DNA from: a virus
Taxonomy: Duplodnaviria > Caudoviricetes
IMG/VR virus record: IMGVR_UViG_3300037851_000620
Coordinates: 11,747-75,746 of that record
Length of the DNA stretch: 64,000 nt
Strand: one strand, 5' to 3'
How positions within the stretch are numbered: position 1 is the first letter of the stretch; every line of letters starts with the position of its first letter. Positions 57,077 through 64,000 of the stretch are shown here, piece by piece. The notes under the pieces are model-generated. The model did not search any database, was not told where the DNA came from, and saw only the letters and a program-made list of their open reading frames with translations. The translations under genes were made by a program, and so were the position numbers.

Positions 57077-58004
57077 CATAGAGCAGTTTGTTGCCAGACA
57101 ATTTGACGATTATAGTTATTATGGTAATCCTGTTACAGATATCCAAATTTCATGTCCGTTCTGTGAAGAGCGTGGTGCTGGTTATGATTCGAAGCATCAT
57201 CTTCATATTCATATAGATGACGACAAACAAGTCGTTCATTGTTTTCGGTGTGGGTATGGCAGATCTTGGATACATTTTGTCATGGATGTCACAGGCTTGC
57301 CGTATTGGCAAGCTGTTGGCGAAATATATGTAAGACCGAAGATAAGAGACGGTATTATAAATGGTATAAACACTGAGCGTGTGATTCCGACGGTAATTGC
57401 TCAAGAAAGTCATTTTCCAGAAGATTTCCAATTGTTACATAAAACAAATATCAAAGAAAGTCATCTTGCATTAGCAGCACGCAGATATATGAAGCATCGG
57501 CACTTTCCTATCTCAGTATATAGAAGATATGGGATAGGCATAGCTGAAAGTATTGGATATCGTGTTATAATACCAATCGAACAGGGATATTGGCAAGGTC
57601 GTTCGATTTATAAATGGTTGAAACCAAAGTATATGAATCCGAAAGTGCCGGCACGCAACATACTATTCAATGCTGGTGCGTTGGAAATGTATGATGAAGT
57701 TGTTATTTGTGAGGGAGCATTCAGTGCTATGGCAATAGGCGACAATGCTATTGCACTTATTGGAAAAGAACCGACAGACGAGAAGATAGAGCGCATACTT
57801 AGGTCTAATGTCAGTAAATTTGTTATTGCGCTTGAAGACGGTGCATTTGCTTCAATGAGCAAATTGCTTGATGTGTTGTATGCAAGAGGCAAGAACGTTG
57901 TTGTGTGGAAATATTTGGTGGGAGATCCAGCAGACGATAACAATGAGTTTGTTTCAGTTCAGTATGATTTGAAAGCTAAACTTTCCTTGCTGTTAGATAA
58001 ATGA
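57069..58004 (+). CDS. DNA primase (zinc finger + TOPRIM)
   Basis: CPFC...HCFRC, WQGR, KYMNP, ICEGAFSA, ALED, GDPAD. Confidence 0.9.
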   Translation: MYDIEQFVARQFDDYSYYGNPVTDIQISCPFCEERGAGYDSKHHLHIHIDDDKQVVHCFRCGYGRSWIHFVMDVTGLPYWQAVGEIYVRPKIRDGIINGINTERVIPTVIAQESHFPEDFQLLHKTNIKESHLALAARRYMKHRHFPISVYRRYGIGIAESIGYRVIIPIEQGYWQGRSIYKWLKPKYMNPKVPARNILFNAGALEMYDEVVICEGAFSAMAIGDNAIALIGKEPTDEKIERILRSNVSKFVIALEDGAFASMSKLLDVLYARGKNVVVWKYLVGDPADDNNEFVSVQYDLKAKLSLLLDK

Positions 58005-58039
58005 CCTTTCAAAATAGAAAGGTTACACAAAACTGGTGC

Positions 58040-58067
58040 TTTACTTTTGCACAAAACACGGTATAAT
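58040..58067 (+). promoter_or_regulatory. Host sigma70/sigmaA-type promoter candidate
   Basis: TTTACT-N16-TATAAT in the intergenic gap before 58135. Confidence 0.5.
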
Positions 58068-58134
58068 AGTCCTTGTACGACGCCAGTCGTAATGACGGAG
58101 TCTGAGACATTTAGACCGAGCTGCAGGAGGCTCA

Positions 58135-59268
58135 ATGACTACCCAAATCAATGAACGTGAGCAATTTACCTTGAGGGTCAAGCGCAATTCTGAGCTTGAC
58201 AAGATGATGCGAGCGTCTGTCGGCGGTGAGCCAATCACTGTCGAAGAACTCGTTGAGGTTGGTGGGAAGGCACGTTCCCCGTTCCTTCTGAAGTTGTGCA
58301 ACGATTTGTTTGACAATGTTCGTGTCGTCAACAAGCGTGGCACAAAAGACATCAAGATGTCGTATGTTGACCTGACGCCTGTCACACCTGTCGCTGTTGG
58401 TGTAGACGTGGTAAACTACGCTCCGGAGGTAATCGGAGCGCAGACCATTGCACCTGAGATTTCTGATGTGAAATGGCCACAGGCTCCCCCGATGGTAGAT
58501 AGCCTTGGCGATGTGTTTCGCAAACCTGCGTGGTTTGACATGATGGCTGCGATGGTTGATAACGGTCGTCATATTGCCTTGGCAGGTTCGCCTGGTGTTG
58601 GGAAAGATACCGCTGTTCAGGAACTCGCTGCGCAAGAAGGAAAAATCCTTGTGACTGTGAGCGGTGACGCTGGTTTTCGTCGCAAGGATTTGGTTGGGAC
58701 ATTGCAGATTGCCAACGGTCGCTCCTTCTTTGAGGTTGCCGAGTATGCGGCTGCAGTCGTGAACGGCTGGTGGGCATTGGTGACAGAGGTGAACGCTGCG
58801 GATGCCGATGCTTTGCTTTTCATGAACAGTCAGATGGCGGCTCCATACGTTATCAACATCGCTGGTAAGGCATACCCTGTTCATCCTGACTTTCGCCTGT
58901 TCGTGTCGTACAATCCTGGTCTGGTTGGAACCAAGCCTTTGCCGCAGAGTTTCAAAGACAGATTCTTTTCCATCCAGGTGCCGTTCTTCACCGAAACTCA
59001 GATGAAGAATATTCTGGTTGCGCACGGTGCTCCGGCTGATATGTCTTGGGTTGATGAGATTGTGAAGTTTGGAATGCTGCTGTGGAAATCCAACGAGCGC
59101 GGTCAAATCCGTTATCAAATCACGTCTCGACGTTTGATGGATGCCGTTGCGCTCATGAAGACTGATATCGTGTCCTCTACAACAGAGGCAATCAACCTTG
59201 CGGTTATCTCGGCTATCGACAGCCCTGTCGAGGCTCAGACCGCTCGTCAGATTTTGAATAATCTCTAG
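58135..59268 (+). CDS. MoxR/CbbQ-like AAA+ ATPase
   Basis: GSPGVGKD, VTEVNAAD, HPDFRLFVSYNPG..GTKPLPQSFKDRF, TSRRL. Confidence 0.88.
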   Translation: MTTQINEREQFTLRVKRNSELDKMMRASVGGEPITVEELVEVGGKARSPFLLKLCNDLFDNVRVVNKRGTKDIKMSYVDLTPVTPVAVGVDVVNYAPEVIGAQTIAPEISDVKWPQAPPMVDSLGDVFRKPAWFDMMAAMVDNGRHIALAGSPGVGKDTAVQELAAQEGKILVTVSGDAGFRRKDLVGTLQIANGRSFFEVAEYAAAVVNGWWALVTEVNAADADALLFMNSQMAAPYVINIAGKAYPVHPDFRLFVSYNPGLVGTKPLPQSFKDRFFSIQVPFFTETQMKNILVAHGAPADMSWVDEIVKFGMLLWKSNERGQIRYQITSRRLMDAVALMKTDIVSSTTEAINLAVISAIDSPVEAQTARQILNNL

Positions 59269-59274
59269 GAGGAT

Positions 59275-60579
59275 GTGATGGCTCGTGGTGATGTAAGACC
59301 TGTTGCTTCAAATTATCGTGGTGGGAGTTACGGTCGTTCCTCGCAATCTCGTGTGTATGACGACGAGGGTCGCGGTCAGTCAGAGCGTTTGTGGGAGTGG
59401 TTTGAGCGCAATTTCCTCAGAAATGAGACAGCTGACGAGAAGTACAGCTGGCTGATGTCTCAGACTGATGATGTGTACTATCAGTTGTTGAAATACAGCG
59501 TGTTGCGCTATGGGTTGATGGACATAGCGTTCTTTCGGACTCCCGGCTGGTACGATGGTGGCGATACTCGTGCGCATCGTTTGGTTATCAAGCATCTTGA
59601 TGAGAAGAAGTGGTGCGAATTTCATGCTTGTATGCTTGCTGCGTATGAGCGTGAAAAAGAGCGCAAAGAACGCGAGATGCATGCGCATGCCGAGGAAATG
59701 CAAGGTCGCTGGGCAGCGTACGAGATGCAGCGTAAGGCTGAGGCTGCTCGGATTGAGCGCGAGGATTGGGAGGCAATTCACGAGACGGTAGACTATACTG
59801 CTGGTATGCTGTCAAGTGAACTCAATCAGACGTTTGTCAATGCCGATGCTGTTGGAAGTTCTGGCGAATGGATTGAAGACGCTGTTGATGTGTACACGAG
59901 CGGTGACGGATTTGGATACGATACTCAGAAAGCGACTGGTGTGAAGTTGCAAGTCACTTTGTCGCTTGACCTGTCTAATTCGATGTACTATAACGGTATT
60001 CACAAAGTTGCCGCGACTGCGTTTCGTGACCTTGGGTTGACCCTCCGGCAGTTGAAAGCGCAATATCCTGAAGATTTGTATGTGGCATTCTTCACGTTTT
60101 CCAAAGATTTGTATGGCGAACGTGGGCGTGGTATGGGTGTTCAGACGTTGCGCGAGCCGAGAGCGGAGGAAAACCCTGCTAATCCAGAAATCGATTTCGG
60201 GCAGTTTCGCAGTTATCTTCCTTCTGTGATTGAGAACTGGTCACGTGTTGGCGAGTTCGATGGAACGGAAACTTATTTCACTCCGCTGTTTGAGGCTATT
60301 GCGAAGTGGGAATCGGAAAATAGCGATCCGAAAGCTGTGCGTTTGGATATCGTCATCACAGACTACGTTGCTGAGCACAAGAATGATATTCGTGCGGCTG
60401 ATGTGGTTCAGGAACGGCGCAATGGGAATCTTCAGACTGTCATGTTGAATTTCATGTCTGAGACAGAGTGGTTGGGTAGCACGTTGCCAAAACGCTGTTT
60501 CATGGTGAAAGTCGACAAAGACAATATCGCTGGTATCCTGCGCAATATCCTGTCCGAGTTTGTTGCTGTGAATATGTGA
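59275..60579 (+). CDS. vWA-domain protein (MoxR partner)
   Basis: MIDAS-like LSLDLSNSM, GTET, VITD. Confidence 0.75.
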   Translation: MMARGDVRPVASNYRGGSYGRSSQSRVYDDEGRGQSERLWEWFERNFLRNETADEKYSWLMSQTDDVYYQLLKYSVLRYGLMDIAFFRTPGWYDGGDTRAHRLVIKHLDEKKWCEFHACMLAAYEREKERKEREMHAHAEEMQGRWAAYEMQRKAEAARIEREDWEAIHETVDYTAGMLSSELNQTFVNADAVGSSGEWIEDAVDVYTSGDGFGYDTQKATGVKLQVTLSLDLSNSMYYNGIHKVAATAFRDLGLTLRQLKAQYPEDLYVAFFTFSKDLYGERGRGMGVQTLREPRAEENPANPEIDFGQFRSYLPSVIENWSRVGEFDGTETYFTPLFEAIAKWESENSDPKAVRLDIVITDYVAEHKNDIRAADVVQERRNGNLQTVMLNFMSETEWLGSTLPKRCFMVKVDKDNIAGILRNILSEFVAVNM

Positions 60580-60582
60580 GGA

Positions 60583-60810
60583 ATGATGGAAGAGCCGAGA
60601 TTACGACCGAAAGTTGTTAGATTATCAACCCGATGTGCAGCGTGTGGAGGTATTATCTACACAAATCACTGGTGTTTGCGTGGTGTTGTGAATGGAAAAG
60701 AAATCTTCATTCATGACAATGGTGAGGTGTGCCTTCAGAAATTGAGGGCACATCTTCATCTTCCTCAGACAGATCATCAGAAATTCCTTTCATCGAGAAC
60801 AATTTTGTAG
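60583..60810 (+). CDS. Small Cys/His protein
   Basis: CAACG...H...C; GAGG RBS. Confidence 0.5.
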   Translation: MMEEPRLRPKVVRLSTRCAACGGIIYTNHWCLRGVVNGKEIFIHDNGEVCLQKLRAHLHLPQTDHQKFLSSRTIL

Positions 60811-60845
60811 TATAATTTGTTCAGTGCTGCAGGAGGCACAAAACG

Positions 60846-62822
60846 ATGAGTACAGTACGATTTTCGAAGGCAGAGTTTGAAAAGGTGCTAGATGATAGCA
60901 TCCTTGGCACGGATCTTTCATGGTCTTGTGCTGGTATCGTGAGTGGGGAGTACCGATACGTTTCTCAACTCGCTGATCATGTATTCCTCCAAATCAATTC
61001 GTCTGTCCTTTCTGATGGGTTTGCCGCAGGGACAGGCGACAATTCTATTCGCTTGTGGCTGACTGACGAGAAACTCAAGCCTGTTGCCAAGAAAACGCAA
61101 CGTTGGGTGACGCGATTGCCTGGTTGGGAACGTCGCCTGGATGCGGCAATCAATGCTGTGGTTGCTCTTGGGAAAGCTGTTCACTCGAAACAGAAACAAA
61201 AGGTTGAAGAGACTGCTGCAAAAGTCAGTATGCCGTCTTGTCCGAAATGTGGCGGCATGATGGCTGTGCGTACACGCAAGAGCGACGGTAAACAATTCTA
61301 CGGTTGCCGCATGTTTCCTGCGTGCAATGGTACTCGTGATATTGACTGGAACAAGACCGTTACCGTCGAGCAAGTTGTTACGAGCACCGAACACAAATGG
61401 TCGCATTTGCAGATAGCTATCTTCAACAAGATTCCCAAACTTGCGGATAGTTGTCATTTGGTGGTTGAGGCACTTGCCGGCACAGGCAAAACTACCACCA
61501 TCGCACAGTCTACGAAACTTCTTCCTCGCGAAAAGAAAATTGTCGTGCTTGCGTTCAATCGCCACAATATTCCCTCAATCAAGGAGAAAGTTCCAGAGTG
61601 GGTGAAAGTTTGCACCTATCACTCGCTTGCGTTTGCTGGGTGTCGTAAAGTATGGGGTGGTGATATTGTGGTCGATGAAGACAAGGTCGACCACATTATT
61701 GAAAATATCCTTAACAGGGACGTCTACAAGTATCTTTTCGGAACGATACGGCAAATTGTATCGCTGGTCAAGGCAAACCTTACTGGGACGTCCCCAGAGG
61801 AGCTGTTGGATATTGCTGGATATTACGGTATAGAATTGAACGGCGATGCCGAGATCGTTTTCGCCACGGTTGCTCAGGTGATATCGCGGTGTGCGGCAAC
61901 CACAAAGGTTATCGATTACGATGATATGTGCTGGTTGCCGATCGTTCACAATGTTCAGTTGGAAAAGTACGACTATGTCTATGTTGACGAGGCGCAAGAT
62001 ACTAATCGTAATCAGATGGCTATCGCGCTTGCCTCTGTCAGCCCGACTGGTCATATCATTGCCGTCGGCGATCGCTATCAGTCTATGTATGGTTTCCGTG
62101 GTGCTGATGCGAATGCAATTCCAAACCTGATCAACGATCTTGGTGCTGAAGTGTTACCGCTCAGTATCACTTATCGCAATCCTCAGTGTGTGGTAGATTT
62201 GGTGCGGGAGAAGTTTCCAAACATTCCTCTCGAGGGGACTGGTAAGGCAGGTTCTATCACCTATACTACCGATCAGCAAGCAATCGTGATGTACAAGGCT
62301 GGTGATATGGTATTGTGCCGCACAAATGCTCCCCTGGTTGCGCCTGTGTTTGCGCTTATCCGCAATGGCATCAAGGCGACGATCCGTGGGCGGGATATTG
62401 GAAAAGGTCTGACGTCGCTCATCAAGAAGATGAAAGCTAAAGACTTGACCGACCTGATTCGCAAACTTGGGGAATATCAGAACAAAGAATATTCCAAACT
62501 GATTGCTGCAGACAAGAACTCGGCAGCGCAAGCCTTGAAGGATAAGGTTGAGACAATCATAGCCTTGTCCGATGGCGTCTATGCTATTAGCGAATTGGAA
62601 GAGAGGATTTCCACTATCTTCTCTGATAAGGTTGAAGGAGTAGTGTTTTCAACAATTCATCGTGCGAAAGGTCTTGAATCAGAGCGTGTGTTTATCCTTC
62701 ACCCAGAACTCCTTCCTCACCCGATGGCGAAGAAGGAATGGGAGAAGGAACAAGAACGCAATATTGAATATGTTGCGCTGACTCGTACTTTGTCAGAGCT
62801 AATTTGGGTCTTGGAGGCATAA
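60846..62822 (+). CDS. UvrD/Rep-like SF1 helicase with N-terminal topoisomerase-type C4 zinc ribbon
   Basis: CPKCGGMM...FYGC..FPAC; ALAGTGKTT, VDEAQD, VGDRYQSMYGFRGA, TYRNP, TIHRAKGLE, YVALTR. Confidence 0.9.
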   Translation: MSTVRFSKAEFEKVLDDSILGTDLSWSCAGIVSGEYRYVSQLADHVFLQINSSVLSDGFAAGTGDNSIRLWLTDEKLKPVAKKTQRWVTRLPGWERRLDAAINAVVALGKAVHSKQKQKVEETAAKVSMPSCPKCGGMMAVRTRKSDGKQFYGCRMFPACNGTRDIDWNKTVTVEQVVTSTEHKWSHLQIAIFNKIPKLADSCHLVVEALAGTGKTTTIAQSTKLLPREKKIVVLAFNRHNIPSIKEKVPEWVKVCTYHSLAFAGCRKVWGGDIVVDEDKVDHIIENILNRDVYKYLFGTIRQIVSLVKANLTGTSPEELLDIAGYYGIELNGDAEIVFATVAQVISRCAATTKVIDYDDMCWLPIVHNVQLEKYDYVYVDEAQDTNRNQMAIALASVSPTGHIIAVGDRYQSMYGFRGADANAIPNLINDLGAEVLPLSITYRNPQCVVDLVREKFPNIPLEGTGKAGSITYTTDQQAIVMYKAGDMVLCRTNAPLVAPVFALIRNGIKATIRGRDIGKGLTSLIKKMKAKDLTDLIRKLGEYQNKEYSKLIAADKNSAAQALKDKVETIIALSDGVYAISELEERISTIFSDKVEGVVFSTIHRAKGLESERVFILHPELLPHPMAKKEWEKEQERNIEYVALTRTLSELIWVLEA

Positions 62823-62823
62823 G

Positions 62824-63066
62824 ATGTCTAAGAAACTGTACAAAATCGGTATGTATGAGGGCACTCCTGTAAATACTGCATCAGATTACATGAGAGCCTG
62901 TGTAGTGGTTGCTAACACTCCTCATCAAGCACGGTTGTTTGCATCGACTGCTGCCGGAGATGAAGGCAAGAAAGTATGGCTTGATCCGAAAAAATCGTTT
63001 TGCCATATCATTCAACCCGATAAGTGCGATATCGGAATCCTTGTGGCAAACACGCATCGAGGATAG
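62824..63066 (+). CDS. Hypothetical protein
   Basis: GGAGG RBS. Confidence 0.6.
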   Translation: MSKKLYKIGMYEGTPVNTASDYMRACVVVANTPHQARLFASTAAGDEGKKVWLDPKKSFCHIIQPDKCDIGILVANTHRG

Positions 63067-63075
63067 GGGATTGAA

Positions 63076-63765
63076 ATGCCACGAAAACCACGAGTTTCCA
63101 AGTTTAGTGAATTAGAGAATAGTGAAGCTGTGTATGACGAGATTGCAAAGTTTATAAGATATCTTGCAAGTCGTTATGCTGGCTCTTATCAAATCCTGAT
63201 GGAGTATGACGAATTGATTGCGGAGTTGAATCTTGAGTTTGTGAAGGGGATACAAGCCTATGGCAATCGTCCGATGGGTGAACTCAAGGCAATACTCCGT
63301 AGAATGATGGATAATCGGATTGCTGAGTTGCGGTATAGATATTATCGTACTCATCGGCGTGCTGAGGTTGAAATCATATCCTTGGAAATGGAAGTCGGTG
63401 GTGGGGATGTGTCTCATATCAGCCAATTGGTTCAAACTAATACCGACGAAGGCACTCCAGTAGAAGAATTGATAGAAGGCAATCCTGATTCGTCATATCT
63501 CTATGATTCCAAAGAGCGTGTTGCCGCAACTCGTGCGTTATTGTCCCCGAATACTGTAAAGGTATTCGATGCTATTGTTTATGGAAATAAGCAACTGGCG
63601 GCAGTGATGCACCTATCGTGCCAACGTTCAGCAGTAATATTCAAATCTGCGAACGTGAAATTAAAGCCATGGCATGTTGCGGATGCTCTGTGTATGGAGG
63701 AAAGGGAGGTCAAGGCTGCGTTTCGTGAAATTAAACAAGCCTATGCAGAGGTGTTGAATGGCTAA
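63076..63765 (+). CDS. Second sigma-70-like / HTH transcription factor
   Basis: DELIAELNLEFVK...ILRRMMDNRI (region 2-like); C-terminal HTH-like WHVADALCMEEREVK. Confidence 0.55.
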   Translation: MPRKPRVSKFSELENSEAVYDEIAKFIRYLASRYAGSYQILMEYDELIAELNLEFVKGIQAYGNRPMGELKAILRRMMDNRIAELRYRYYRTHRRAEVEIISLEMEVGGGDVSHISQLVQTNTDEGTPVEELIEGNPDSSYLYDSKERVAATRALLSPNTVKVFDAIVYGNKQLAAVMHLSCQRSAVIFKSANVKLKPWHVADALCMEEREVKAAFREIKQAYAEVLNG

Positions 63766-63982
63766 AGATCTTGCTAATCTGAAAGAAATCTACAGTCAAT
63801 TCAAGAAAGACGAATTGCTGCAGATAGCTGCAGAACTCGAGTTGAAAATTACTCCTGAAGTGTCGACTCGTCAGATAACCCAAATGGTTATTTCCAATAT
63901 CGAAGAAGATGGTGTTCCTGAGATGGAGGGGATATCTGACACATTGGCAGAGTTCCTGCATGTTTGCGGATTTGTTGATTAA
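63758..63982 (+). CDS. Hypothetical protein
   Basis: GAGG RBS; helical acidic protein. Confidence 0.55.
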   Translation: MAKDLANLKEIYSQFKKDELLQIAAELELKITPEVSTRQITQMVISNIEEDGVPEMEGISDTLAEFLHVCGFVD

Positions 63983-64000
63983 GATGGAAATATTATCGAA

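Larger units (their letters stand above)
1..64000 (+). mobile_element. Segment of a tailed dsDNA bacteriophage genome (Caudoviricetes, siphovirus-like)
   Basis: Terminase, portal, capsid protease/scaffold, capsid, tail tube/chaperone/tape measure, endolysin, primase/helicase all on one strand. No host housekeeping genes. No integrase seen in the window. Confidence 0.95.

Noticed and set aside
58132-59118. 328-aa minus-strand ORF
   Set aside because: Antisense shadow of the MoxR ATPase gene.
119-63961. Other minus-strand and nested short ORFs in the track
   Set aside because: All overlap well-supported, coupled + strand genes and show no motifs; I found no credible minus-strand gene.
1-64000. 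tRNA, rRNA or tmRNA genes; integrase; DNA polymerase
   Set aside because: Intergenic gaps are short and show no cloverleaf or T-loop patterns by eye. Integrase and polymerase motifs were not seen and may lie outside the window. tRNAscan/Aragorn would settle the RNA question.

Overview
The whole window is a segment of a large tailed dsDNA phage genome. It looks siphovirus-like: tail tube, chaperone and tape measure genes are present and no sheath gene is recognisable. All credible genes are on the + strand and use the standard code, often coupled by ATGA/TAATG overlaps. Gene order: recombination/repair (Mre11/SbcD, RecA, 5'-3' exonuclease, RuvC-like), a sigma-like factor, TerS, GH25 endolysin, TerL with a ~125-aa insertion, accessory and nucleotide-metabolism genes (dCTP/dCMP deaminases, a thymidylate-synthase-family enzyme with a cytosine-type Asp), decoration/fibre genes, portal, MuF-like polyprotein, protease-scaffold, major capsid, a six-gene glycosyl/methyltransferase block, neck and tail genes, holin, helicases/primase, a probable early MoxR-vWA-UvrD operon and a second sigma-like factor. 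The main finding is a family of ten dispersed genes carrying 11 copies of one leader peptide, (hydrophobic strand)-K-GGSGSGH[FW]xHxGRPGxxGGS. The leader is fused to unrelated enzyme domains: ADP-ribosyltransferase-like, GNAT-like, PI3/4-kinase/HipA-like, two zincins, 2H phosphoesterase+MuF, and several orphans. This looks like a modular system for addressing effector proteins to the capsid, with release by the prohead protease. That function is inference and is not demonstrated by the sequence. Also noted: a repeated intergenic motif CAAGTTTAGT, a candidate +1 tail-chaperone frameshift, and two apparently frameshifted genes. All family assignments come from motifs recognised by eye; no database searches were run.
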